64,000 nucleotides of DNA. Origin: a virus. The notes under the pieces were generated by a model. It saw nothing but the letters and a program-made list of their open reading frames with translations, searched no databases and was not told the DNA's origin. Shown here in pieces: positions 19,012 to 28,190 of this stretch; position 1 is the stretch's first letter, and every line of letters starts with the position of its first letter. The stretch is from IMG/VR virus record IMGVR_UViG_3300010346_000998, one strand, 5' to 3'. Position numbers and translations under genes: made by a program.

Positions 19012-19128
19012 TATTAAATAAAATGAAAATGCAAAAAATATTTATTTTTATATAAAAATTTTTAAAATTATATTAGATAAAATTTATAAAAATAAATAGA
19101 TTAAGATTAAGCTAACATATTTATTAGA

Positions 19129-19767
19129 ATGAACAAAAATATACTTGAAAAAATTAAAAAGTATAAGAATACCTTAACTATAGAACAAAAGCGTAAGCTT
19201 TTGGTTGGTTTGAAAACTATTAGAGAAAATATGGGTATTCAGGGTGGAGTAACAGATATTTCTAATCCTGATAATTTATTAGTTAATGAAAATGAATTTA
19301 CAAATAAAAATTCCACATATGAACCAAAAACAATTGCAAAAACTATGGTTACTAATGCTGATTTTGATAGTTACATAAATCAACGACGGGGCATTGAATT
19401 TACACCGAAAGAATTACAAGCAGTTTATAATTATTTACATGCTCGCCCGTCACAACAAGATAAATTTTTTGTTAAATATGAAACTACCGATGGATTCGGA
19501 AACAACGAAACCACGGTTATTAAAAAATGGAAAGAAAATAACCAATTTGTTTGGATTGCATTTACAAAACATGAAGCGGCCGAAGAATCAAATTCTGAAA
19601 TTGAAAAGAAAGCCGAAGCACAATCTCAAGGAATGGATTCAGCCAAATCATCTAATGGTGAAATGACAATAGATGACCAAATACATATTTCTAAAACAAT
19701 CCCTTTTATAGATGATACCCAAGGAGCAAATATTTTATCAAATTTTCTTTCCGCTTTAGATTTATAA
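19129..19767 (+). CDS. Hypothetical protein
   Basis: 212 aa ORF with TATTTATT 3 nt before the ATG; no recognised motif. Confidence 0.7.
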   Translation: MNKNILEKIKKYKNTLTIEQKRKLLVGLKTIRENMGIQGGVTDISNPDNLLVNENEFTNKNSTYEPKTIAKTMVTNADFDSYINQRRGIEFTPKELQAVYNYLHARPSQQDKFFVKYETTDGFGNNETTVIKKWKENNQFVWIAFTKHEAAEESNSEIEKKAEAQSQGMDSAKSSNGEMTIDDQIHISKTIPFIDDTQGANILSNFLSALDL

Positions 19768-19772
19768 AAAAT

Positions 19773-20096
19773 ATGAAATTAACTGAGCTTTTAAATTCAA
19801 TCGATGCCCAAAAAGAAATGGGACTTATTAATATCGAAGATTGGCGATGGCCCGAAGTAGCTCACTTAACAGATATGGGATTTAAAATTATAGACGAATA
19901 TCATATGGAGACAGAAAAACCTCCTAAAATGACAATTTATAAAAAGAAATCAAAAGATGAATCAATGGGCGAATCAATATCTCATTTTTATATTGAAGAA
20001 CCAAATAAACCCATTAAAAGATTTAAAAGCTTCGATGAAGTTATTCATTTTTTTGATTCTTATGAACAGCCCCAATTTAATCCGGATGATTTTTAA
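19773..20096 (+). CDS. Hypothetical protein (MKLTE leader-like)
   Basis: 107 aa ORF closely coupled to the previous gene. Confidence 0.65.
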   Translation: MKLTELLNSIDAQKEMGLINIEDWRWPEVAHLTDMGFKIIDEYHMETEKPPKMTIYKKKSKDESMGESISHFYIEEPNKPIKRFKSFDEVIHFFDSYEQPQFNPDDF

Positions 20097-20141
20097 TATA
20101 ATATAAGAATAAGAAAAGCTAATAAATAACTTTTTAGAATA

Positions 20142-20149
20142 TATTTATA
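20142..20149 (+). promoter_or_regulatory. TATTTATA upstream motif
   Basis: + strand TATTTATA 5 nt before ATG 20155. Confidence 0.5.
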
Positions 20150-20154
20150 AACAT

Positions 20155-20832
20155 ATGAATGTTAAAGAACCAAATAAACTTACTCTAAAATGTATTGTTG
20201 AATCGTTGCCTGCTAATTCTGGATTTGACAATAGAGCTTCTAAAATGGCTATTGAACAGAAAAAACGATTAAGAGAATTAGCATCTAATTTTAGAATATT
20301 TGGAGAATGTTTACAAAATGAACAGGCACTAATAGACTCTGCAAATAATATTGCAGAATTATGTGAACTTGCTGCAAATTATGCTGTCAATGAAGGTAGC
20401 AAAATGTTTCAAGACAGAATTATAGTTAAAGACATGGATAACTTAAATAGACGAGCAAATGAATTTAAAAAAATTATGATGGAACTTCATAGTAAATATC
20501 AACAAGCTGCCATTGCATATGAAGATATAGGCCATATTATGGGGCGTTATTATGAGTTATCCGATAAATCGGGAAATAATTTTACATCTAATAAAGGTGG
20601 GTCTTCTTTATCAAAAAAAGTAATTGAAAATAATGAAAATGAAGAGGATGTGGGTTTTAAACGAATATGTGGTTGGTGTAAAAAACCACTAGGGAGTCCA
20701 GAAGAAATTAAAAGTACGGCCAACAGCTCAAGAATAACTCATGGAATTTGTCCTGCTTGTTATAAAAACATGGAAGACGAAATAAAAAATTTAAAACCCC
20801 AAAAAAATCAAGTGTCGTCCCACGACGCATAA
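20155..20832 (+). CDS. Hypothetical coiled-coil protein with C-terminal Zn finger
   Basis: 225 aa; CGWC...HGICPAC near the C-terminus. Confidence 0.7.
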   Translation: MNVKEPNKLTLKCIVESLPANSGFDNRASKMAIEQKKRLRELASNFRIFGECLQNEQALIDSANNIAELCELAANYAVNEGSKMFQDRIIVKDMDNLNRRANEFKKIMMELHSKYQQAAIAYEDIGHIMGRYYELSDKSGNNFTSNKGGSSLSKKVIENNENEEDVGFKRICGWCKKPLGSPEEIKSTANSSRITHGICPACYKNMEDEIKNLKPQKNQVSSHDA

Positions 20833-20871
20833 AATAAAAAGATATTAAAATTTACGGAGTCCAAGAAAAAA

Positions 20872-21453
20872 TTAATTTATTTTTTCATAGACACTATAAC
20901 ACCTTATTCGATTACAAAACCCTGATATTACCCCTACACAAGCTACAAATATAGACCCCTGTGGTTTTGGCGGATAATAGCATATTATACCCACCCGTCC
21001 TCCTATAGGTAATACTTCAAGAGCATTTTTTATTAATAAATTTGGATTAGGATATTTATCTGCTCCTGGTGCATAATGTTTAGCATCTTGTTCAGTATAA
21101 GGCGGGTCTATAAGAATACCAGCCCACGGAACATTCTCAACATATTTATTTTGATTAGTAGGTAAAGGATAAAATGGACAATGCGGAAATGGTTCACGCG
21201 CATCTTGTAAAAAATCCGGGTCACATGAGGGGTCGAGGTCAAGAGTTTTATCATTTGGACCAAAGGCTCTTTTATAAGGATAGTCTTTAGCGCAACCGCC
21301 ACAGACATGTAATACTGGTTCGGTTATTTTACATCCAAGTAATGCCCTCGCTCGCTCTGGGAATCCTCCTAGATAAGCTCCATAATATTTTTTTCCTCCT
21401 TTAAGTTTGGCTCTAGCCAAAATCCACATATCTGTAATAGGTCTGTAACTCAT
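20872..21453 (-). CDS. Small divergent amino-methyltransferase-like protein
   Basis: VLHVCGG (SAM-binding-like), LDLDP and ILIDPPY motifs. Confidence 0.55.
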   Translation of the reverse strand: MSYRPITDMWILARAKLKGGKKYYGAYLGGFPERARALLGCKITEPVLHVCGGCAKDYPYKRAFGPNDKTLDLDPSCDPDFLQDAREPFPHCPFYPLPTNQNKYVENVPWAGILIDPPYTEQDAKHYAPGADKYPNPNLLIKNALEVLPIGGRVGIICYYPPKPQGSIFVACVGVISGFCNRIRCYSVYEKIN

Positions 21454-21456
21454 ATA

Positions 21457-21639
21457 TTATTCTAAAATATATTTAATCCAATAAAGGGGCCATAATATTC
21501 CTGTATTAATAGCTCCAACAATTCGTTTTTTGACATTTATTTTGGGACTAAATTGAGATGTAAATATCCAATCGGCAATTCCATGTAATATACCAATGAT
21601 AACATAAATAATAAAAAAGATTATTTCAATATTATTCAT
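21457..21639 (-). CDS. Small membrane protein
   Basis: 60 aa with two hydrophobic segments; in register with neighbouring genes. Confidence 0.55.
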   Translation of the reverse strand: MNNIEIIFFIIYVIIGILHGIADWIFTSQFSPKINVKKRIVGAINTGILWPLYWIKYILE

Positions 21640-21640
21640 T

Positions 21641-21970
21641 TTATTCTGCTTGTTTGATGCTAAGTAAACTCCCAGTCATAGTTTGAATATATTTATTAAT
21701 TCGAGACCAATATGAATTCCACTTTATCTTATATTTTTCTTCATCTATTTTTGGAGGGTCTTGAGAATCGAACATCATAACATGAAAGAAACAACATCCT
21801 CGGTCGGGGTGTTGTTTCTCAGACCCCTGCATTTCTCCAATAAGAAAAAGTTGTCGGTCATACTTTTTAAATAAAGAAAAAAGCTTTTGACTTTCTTCCA
21901 TTAAAATAGCATCGACATCTGGCAAATTATTAGTTTCAACAATATCACCTTCTACATGTGTAATTTTCAT
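21641..21970 (-). CDS. Hypothetical protein
   Basis: 109 aa ORF in a co-directional run. Confidence 0.6.
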   Translation of the reverse strand: MKITHVEGDIVETNNLPDVDAILMEESQKLFSLFKKYDRQLFLIGEMQGSEKQHPDRGCCFFHVMMFDSQDPPKIDEEKYKIKWNSYWSRINKYIQTMTGSLLSIKQAE

Positions 21971-21984
21971 AATTTTAATTTATA

Positions 21985-24177
21985 TTAACTCCAATATTCA
22001 TTCCAATATTCATTATAAAGTTCATGATACAAATCATTTAATTTTACTTTATCTACTTCTCGAGGAATGGGCGTTGGTTTTCCTTTCGCTATAAGATTCT
22101 TTTGGCGAAGATATTCCAATTCAAGTTTTTCTTCCATTTCTTCTTTAAATTCCATTACTTTTTCAAAAGACCAAGCTCCATTTTTAATGGCTAATAGCTC
22201 TTCGGCATCGGGGCGTTTTACTATAACTTTTCCTGTAGAAATAATTTCATATCCCATTCGCATAAGCCGTACAAGGTGTGACGCATGTTTTGAATTTCCT
22301 TGTATTGCAATTTTTCCATTTCTTCGAGTTACAAGTAAATGATTCGGAACTGTAAAACAAACAATTCGTTGATTTTGACAATTTTCTTTTTTAATAGAAC
22401 GCCTGACAATTTCTTTTTCTAATGTTCTTGTTCGATTTATATGAACATGATACATTCCATTATATGGTCCCCAAATACTGGTTTCAAATCCACACAAAAA
22501 TGCTAATTCTTGAACATCATTAGCTAATTGAATGCTAGACGTATAATAAATTTCGCTATTATCTTTAGGACGACGTGTTCCATCGCCGCCCATCATAGCA
22601 TTTAAAATAATTTCTTTATCGCGTTTTGAAAGAGTCATTACCAATCGAGGTAATTTTTTATTATCTGAATAACGACCGCAATTTTGAAGAAACCATTCTC
22701 CTATTTGAGCATTATATATATTCCATATTAATTCATATCTATTTTTTTCTTTTCGAAAATGACAATATTCATATAATATATCAGACAATTTATTATCTTC
22801 CGACATACATTTTGCAATATGATTATGAATACGGCCGCCTTTTAATTGAGAAATACTAATTCCTTTTATTCGTTCTCCGTCAACTAATATACAACCTTCT
22901 GAAACATACCATCCAATTAAACGCAATAAATTATGCCGCTTAATATTTTTAGTAATAATATTATCTTGTAATCCTGACAATTTATTTTTTTTAAATTCTC
23001 GTTTTAAGGGTATAATTAATCTTAATATATTAAAAGCATTGGACAAATGAGCTGCTTCAATAAATTGCCATTCATGTAATTTATGAGTATTTCTTTCTCG
23101 TGGACGAACCCACATCTTATGATTTGGCGTTACTAATATATCCGTATGAGTTCCACCAAAATGATACATATCTCCATTAAAAATTCCATCGAATTTATCA
23201 ATATATTTATGATATTCTATTTTTTGAGTATTTGGATTAACAGTAGCAAGTTTAGTTTGTGGAGTAATATCATCAAAATGTTTCCACCCATCTACAGTTA
23301 AAAATTGAGTATCTCCACTATAACAATCATATCCACACTTTTCTTCTAATTCGCGTCGTGCAGGATTGCGTTCTTTTTTCCACGAAACCCAAGATTCATA
23401 AATTTGTTTAGCTTTATTAAATTGGCGCTCAGCATAGATATATTTAACAAGTTCATTCCTAAGATTATAGTCTTTAGCCATCTTATGAATTACAGCCTCG
23501 GTATATACATCTGACCAATTAGCCACTGAAATTTCTTTGTCTATTACTTCTGAAATAATCTCCCAAATTGTATTTTTAAGTTCAGCCCGAGACATTTCAT
23601 CCATTGGAAATTGATTGAGATTCCATTGTTCAACTTTTGATTTAACATAGCCAAATACTTCTGAAATGGAACCTTTTTGAATAGGCGGAAGGCCAAATTG
23701 TTCCCGGGTGGGCGGCTTCAATTCCCCGAGTTTAATCCATTTTTGATGTCGCTCAATTTTTTTTGCTTGAGAACAAGCATATCCAGCAAAAGTATATCTC
23801 GCCTTATTAGAAAGAAACATATTTCGATTTAACAAAAGTTTCTCCATAAGGGGATGTTTAATAAAATGATGTTCGGGGTCAGTAAAAAGTAACTCTATAA
23901 TGTTTGGATTAACTTCAGCAGCAAGCAGAAAAAATTTTCGCAATGAATAAATTTCACTTTCAAATTTAGGATTTTTTGGATTTTTTAAATGAGAAAGTTT
24001 CTCTTCAACCCACTTTGAATTTTGAGCTTGTTCAAAACGATGATATAAATTGTATTCTATTTTGGGCGGAGGGATACAAATTCCTTTAACATCTATATCA
24101 GAAAATTCATTGGCTAATCCGTAAGCCTGAGAACCATGTAATGTAACATAAATTGTATGATTTGATAACCAATTCAT
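21985..24177 (-). CDS. Pol-beta-superfamily nucleotidyltransferase (RlaP / T4 NrdC.11-like) interrupted by an intein
   Basis: HGSQAYGL...SDIDVKGI nucleotidyltransferase motif; the exteins rejoin as KCGYD-SKHASHLVRL, matching the family GYDxKHAxHLVRL motif. Confidence 0.85.
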   Translation of the reverse strand: MNWLSNHTIYVTLHGSQAYGLANEFSDIDVKGICIPPPKIEYNLYHRFEQAQNSKWVEEKLSHLKNPKNPKFESEIYSLRKFFLLAAEVNPNIIELLFTDPEHHFIKHPLMEKLLLNRNMFLSNKARYTFAGYACSQAKKIERHQKWIKLGELKPPTREQFGLPPIQKGSISEVFGYVKSKVEQWNLNQFPMDEMSRAELKNTIWEIISEVIDKEISVANWSDVYTEAVIHKMAKDYNLRNELVKYIYAERQFNKAKQIYESWVSWKKERNPARRELEEKCGYDCYSGDTQFLTVDGWKHFDDITPQTKLATVNPNTQKIEYHKYIDKFDGIFNGDMYHFGGTHTDILVTPNHKMWVRPRERNTHKLHEWQFIEAAHLSNAFNILRLIIPLKREFKKNKLSGLQDNIITKNIKRHNLLRLIGWYVSEGCILVDGERIKGISISQLKGGRIHNHIAKCMSEDNKLSDILYEYCHFRKEKNRYELIWNIYNAQIGEWFLQNCGRYSDNKKLPRLVMTLSKRDKEIILNAMMGGDGTRRPKDNSEIYYTSSIQLANDVQELAFLCGFETSIWGPYNGMYHVHINRTRTLEKEIVRRSIKKENCQNQRIVCFTVPNHLLVTRRNGKIAIQGNSKHASHLVRLMRMGYEIISTGKVIVKRPDAEELLAIKNGAWSFEKVMEFKEEMEEKLELEYLRQKNLIAKGKPTPIPREVDKVKLNDLYHELYNEYWNEYWS
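22294..23325 (-). mobile_element. Intein (344 aa) with LAGLIDADG homing endonuclease
   Basis: Begins CYSGDTQFLT; block B VTPNHKM; LAGLIDADG-like LIGWYVSEG and MMGGDG; ends ...VCFTVPNHLLVTRRNGKIAIQGN followed by Ser. Confidence 0.9.
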
Positions 24178-24188
24178 AATATAACTTT

Positions 24189-24217
24189 AATGTATCACCA
24201 AACATGTATATTGTCAA
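24189..24217 (-). promoter_or_regulatory. Sigma70-like promoter of the nucleotidyltransferase gene
   Basis: Minus strand TTGACA-N17-TACATT, 11 nt before ATG 24177. Confidence 0.7.
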
Positions 24218-24242
24218 CTGTTTTTTTAAAACAATAAAAATA

Positions 24243-24764
24243 TTATTTTATTTCAGTAAAAGGAGCAACACAAAGTAAATCTACAAATTCCATTACTTTT
24301 TTATATTTAGGATGGTCTTTTGTAATTCCCCAGTGCTTAATACCTTCATTATTAATCCAATCTCTTAAAGATGTTCCAAACTCTTCACTTCTAGCTTTAA
24401 TATCACAAACCATTTCAGCAATGTACACATCAGGCATTTCAATGATTCCTTTGCTCCAATATTCTACATGATGTGGATTTGTTTTTCGATGATGATAAAT
24501 AGCCAGTTTAAGCTTCAGCTTTTTATTTTCATCGGCTGGATTGCTCAACGATAAATATTCATATTCAATACCATGAAATTTACTTGCATCATGAATATAT
24601 CCATTAGCAATAAGATTACGCCCCAAATCTATAAATCCCAATTCAATTAATTTTTTACCCAGAAGCAAACAATTATCTTCCACATTTCGAATATGACGAG
24701 TAATAAATTCAATTTTAGAAAGAGCTAGTTCTGCTTGACGTTTTATACGTGTACTGGTTTTCAT
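24243..24764 (-). CDS. DUF5662-like HD-type protein
   Basis: HDASKF, HHRKTNPHHVEYW and MPDVYIAEMVCD motifs. Confidence 0.7.
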   Translation of the reverse strand: MKTSTRIKRQAELALSKIEFITRHIRNVEDNCLLLGKKLIELGFIDLGRNLIANGYIHDASKFHGIEYEYLSLSNPADENKKLKLKLAIYHHRKTNPHHVEYWSKGIIEMPDVYIAEMVCDIKARSEEFGTSLRDWINNEGIKHWGITKDHPKYKKVMEFVDLLCVAPFTEIK

Positions 24765-24785
24765 TATTATAATATAAAAACATTA

Positions 24786-24963
24786 TGAACTACCCACCCG
24801 CTAAAGCAGGGGGTTTCCCACCAAGCAATAGTTGTGAGTTTCTATAGGGTAATTCCTACCCCACAATAAAGATTGCGCACAGATATATCTGTTTTTGACA
24901 ATGTTAATTCTAATGATAGCTTCATATGTTATCAACATACATTATAACATAATTGTTTGTCAA
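24786..24963 (-). mobile_element. IS200/IS605-family (TnpB/IscB-type) end hairpin remnant with a 27-codon mini-ORF
   Basis: Minus strand GAAACCCCCTGCTTTAGCGGGTGGGTAGTTCA resembles the recalled CTTTAG-loop terminal hairpin of IS605/IS1341 ends; preceded by mini-ORF 24842-24925 MKLSLELTLSKTDISVRNLYCGVGITL. Confidence 0.6.
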
Positions 24964-25022
24964 GTTAAATGTACTACTTACTTGTTAAATCTAGTAAGAT
25001 TTTGTTAAAAGACCATTTTTTA

Positions 25023-25051
25023 TTGACATACAAGGTTAAATATGCTAGGTT
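25023..25051 (+). promoter_or_regulatory. Sigma70-like promoter
   Basis: TTGACA-N17-TAGGTT with TG extended -10, 6 nt before ATG 25058. Confidence 0.6.
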
Positions 25052-25057
25052 CATAAT

Positions 25058-25420
25058 ATGAAAAAAGCATCAAATACATATACGGTTGCCGCAGCATGTG
25101 AAAGAATATTTTGCACCAGAAAAGAATATAACAAATTAAAAATTTTACTTAAATCTAGGTTTTTTGAGCATGGATTTAAAATGAAATACATTGAAAATGG
25201 TGCGTTTTTATATTCCAAAAATCCAGATTCTATGAATCCCGAATGTTTACCAAAGCCATTTTTAAGTTTTTTATCTAAATTACTTAGGAATATTGACAAA
25301 ACAAGCTTAACTGTGGGATATGCTTATTTTGATGATATTAATTGTACGGCATCTTGCGGCGGGGGAGATTTTAAAATTACAGATAATGGAGATGTAATTT
25401 TTCCAGTTTGTTATTATTAA
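25058..25420 (+). CDS. Hypothetical protein
   Basis: 120 aa ORF with its own sigma70-like promoter. Confidence 0.65.
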   Translation: MKKASNTYTVAAACERIFCTRKEYNKLKILLKSRFFEHGFKMKYIENGAFLYSKNPDSMNPECLPKPFLSFLSKLLRNIDKTSLTVGYAYFDDINCTASCGGGDFKITDNGDVIFPVCYY

Positions 25421-25423
25421 ATT

Positions 25424-26902
25424 TTATGATTTAAGAATATTTTTAGTTGAGTAACAATTAATGACTTCAGTATAAATTTTTCTATCCAGATGCAAGTCTT
25501 TAATTTCTTTACCACAATGTTCACATTCAGAGCAAACTATATAGTCTGACGGGGTTTTAAATTCTACTTGAAGTTTAGAATTTTTACCACAATGAGAACA
25601 TGGCCATTTAACCTCAGTAAATAAAGTTTCTGGTTCGGGAAGTTCTTCATCGCCAATATTTCCTCCGAAAAGAGATTCGTCTCCCCTTACATTTTTCTGT
25701 AGCTTTAATACATGGTTAATAATATTTTTTGCTAAAGATGGGTCATATTTTTCAGGTATTGGGAATTTATTATTTATATGTTTACCCGGCATATTATCTA
25801 CTTTTTCATTATCATAATAACGTTCCAGATGAACACAATAATCCCGATAACTGAAACCTACATTAATTGTTGCAAACCCCATTGAATACCATTCCATATA
25901 ATCTTGCGGAGCATCTCCTTTGAGGCGAAAACCATGTTTTTTTAATACGGAAAATACTTCTTTTTTAACTTTTGTAATTGTATCATCGTGCTCGTTTTCT
26001 TTTATAATTGTTTTTCTCCTTGCTTTATTTTCTGTAATGTTCCAGGGGTCATCTGGAATTCCTAATATAGCTATATTATCTTCAATATGATTTTTTAATT
26101 TTAAACAAATTTCAACTATCTTTTTTACAATACGAGGGTCGTAAGTTTCAGGAATTGGATATTTTTTTACCACTTGATATCCTGGCATATCATTCCAATA
26201 TTCACTGTCATAATAACGTTCAATCTGAACTTGTTTCTTTTCATTTTCAAAATTTATAGAAACGGTTGCTACACCATTTGCATAATATTCCATATAATCA
26301 TTTGGTGTATTACCTAAAAGACGAAAATGGTGCTTTTTTAATTCTTCAAATACTTCTTCTTTAATTCTTATAATTGTAGGTTTTTGTTCTTTGTTTTTTG
26401 CAATATTTGAATCTAAAATAACATTAGGACTATTGTCATCATAATTTCTCCAATGACATACGTTACAGCGTGCTCTTCCATCGGGGTATCGACTTATTTC
26501 TTTCTCATTAGAATTTTTACAATTAGGGCATAGAGCATTAGGGAAGGTTCTTTCACTTTCAAATTTTTTAATAATTTCATAATTTTTAAGACGTGACAAA
26601 GGCTCACCATCAGGAGTAATTGTATAAATGTCCGGAGTTTTCTTTCCTAAATTTATATCAACATACAGTCGTCCCGTTTTATCTTGATAAATAGGACGTC
26701 CAAATTCATCCTCTTCTCCTGTTGCGTATAAATGTATTTTTTTTGCACCGCTTTCTTCCATCCTAGCCATTTTTTTATTCCATGCCGGATATGGATTTTC
26801 ACTAGGAATATTTGGACCTTGAGAAGTTGGTTCAAACGATTCCATTAAGAGGTTTTCTTTTAAAACTTCCAAGATACATTCTTTAATAAAATTATGAAGC
26901 AT
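25424..26902 (-). CDS. Multidomain hypothetical protein with FIKEC leader, a duplicated ~90-aa domain and Zn ribbons
   Basis: MLHNFIKECILEVLKE; two copies of EVF..LKKH.FRL.G..P.DYME.Y...ERYYD.E....MPG...PIPE.YDP; CPNC/CNVC and CSHC/CEHC. Confidence 0.75.
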   Translation of the reverse strand: MLHNFIKECILEVLKENLLMESFEPTSQGPNIPSENPYPAWNKKMARMEESGAKKIHLYATGEEDEFGRPIYQDKTGRLYVDINLGKKTPDIYTITPDGEPLSRLKNYEIIKKFESERTFPNALCPNCKNSNEKEISRYPDGRARCNVCHWRNYDDNSPNVILDSNIAKNKEQKPTIIRIKEEVFEELKKHHFRLLGNTPNDYMEYYANGVATVSINFENEKKQVQIERYYDSEYWNDMPGYQVVKKYPIPETYDPRIVKKIVEICLKLKNHIEDNIAILGIPDDPWNITENKARRKTIIKENEHDDTITKVKKEVFSVLKKHGFRLKGDAPQDYMEWYSMGFATINVGFSYRDYCVHLERYYDNEKVDNMPGKHINNKFPIPEKYDPSLAKNIINHVLKLQKNVRGDESLFGGNIGDEELPEPETLFTEVKWPCSHCGKNSKLQVEFKTPSDYIVCSECEHCGKEIKDLHLDRKIYTEVINCYSTKNILKS

Positions 26903-28175
26903 AAGCTAAAATTTCAAAGTTGGTTGGTTGCCCCGGTTGAGATTTATTATACCAAGAAAATACAATACGACTATTTATAATTTCTGGTTTTTCAGTAAAA
27001 GGGTCGGCTCCTGGGTCATTAATTCTACGATAAGTTAAATTATCTATATGGCCGCTATCACCCATAATCCTATCGGCGGTTACCATATCAAGGATAAATC
27101 CCAATGAATCTAAAGCATTTGTTATGGCTAAAAGGCCATGTTCTTTTTTTTCAAATCGACCATTGCCATCTAATCCCAAATTTACAAATTTTTTATTAAT
27201 ATCTCTTCGTTCATTATTTGTAATTTTATGGTCATTTTTAATATTTTCTTTAAGTTTTACTAAATTTTTAGCAACGTTTTCATTTTTATCGCATAACTTC
27301 TTTGCTAATTCCCAAGAACCCATACCTTTATTTTTATCGCATAACTTCTTTGCTAATTCCCAAGAACCCATACCTTTTTCAGAAGGTAATTCTTTAGTTG
27401 GGTCAGCCATATGAATTTTCGGTTTTTTAGTATCTATATTAGAAGGAGAATTATGTGGAATTGATTTTGCTGCGGCTAAACCAAGCAACCCGGCCAAAGC
27501 TAAAGACGAATACTTTCCTTCTTCTATTGGTTCGGGCTCAATTAAAACTTCCGCGATACAACGACGTATAAAAGAATTAAGTTTTTTATTTTTCATTTGA
27601 TGAGATTCTGTAAAAAATTTATTTTTAAGTTGAGGATTAGATTCCATAATTGACTTGCGTTTCGGGTCATATACGAATAGAGCACGTCCAATACAATCAT
27701 ACAAACCTACCTTTAATCTCGGACATTTGTCAACATAATCTTTAAATATTTCAATAGCAATATCTACATTATCAAAATTATCTATTGATTTAAGATACTC
27801 ATCTGTCTTTGGAGTACGAAGTTCTATACTAAGAGGTAATTTATATTCTTCGCCTCTACATATACATGTTTTAGGTTTAGTTGGAGGTTGATGTTCTAAT
27901 AGAGTACGTCCAATATAATCATACAAACCTATCTTTAATTTTGGATGTCTATCAACAACTTTTTTAAATATTTCAAGAGCTATTACTAAATTATCAAATT
28001 CTATTGATTTAATATATTTATCTGTCTTTGGTCTGCGGAAAGTTATACGAAGGGGGAACTCATATTCTTTACCATTGTATGTACATGTGTCCCTATATTC
28101 ATTAATTTGAAATGGTCCAGAATTAGAAAATTTAATTTCTGAGCCTTTATTTAAAAATGAATGTATTTTTTCCAT
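26892..28175 (-). CDS. Multidomain hypothetical protein (duplicated N-terminal domain; C-terminal ILAYAS domain)
   Basis: Two copies of C...G.EY..PL.I..R.PKTD.Y.KSI...GLYD.IGR; internal leader FIRRCIAEVLIE; C-terminal domain paralogous to 28832-29245. Confidence 0.75.
   Translation of the reverse strand: MEKIHSFLNKGSEIKFSNSGPFQINEYRDTCTYNGKEYEFPLRITFRRPKTDKYIKSIEFDNLVIALEIFKKVVDRHPKLKIGLYDYIGRTLLEHQPPTKPKTCICRGEEYKLPLSIELRTPKTDEYLKSIDNFDNVDIAIEIFKDYVDKCPRLKVGLYDCIGRALFVYDPKRKSIMESNPQLKNKFFTESHQMKNKKLNSFIRRCIAEVLIEPEPIEEGKYSSLALAGLLGLAAAKSIPHNSPSNIDTKKPKIHMADPTKELPSEKGMGSWELAKKLCDKNKGMGSWELAKKLCDKNENVAKNLVKLKENIKNDHKITNNERRDINKKFVNLGLDGNGRFEKKEHGLLAITNALDSLGFILDMVTADRIMGDSGHIDNLTYRRINDPGADPFTEKPEIINSRIVFSWYNKSQPGQPTNFEILAYAS
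27282..27377. repeat. Perfect 2 x 48-nt tandem duplication (KGMGSWELAKKLCDKN)
   Basis: 27282-27329 is identical to 27330-27377. Confidence 0.95.
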
Positions 28176-28190
28176 ATCCTGATAAAATTG

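Noticed and set aside
24941-24963. TTGACA...TATAAT perfect consensus pair on the minus strand
   Set aside because: Spacer is only 11 nt; an 18-nt-spaced TATGTT is the more plausible -10
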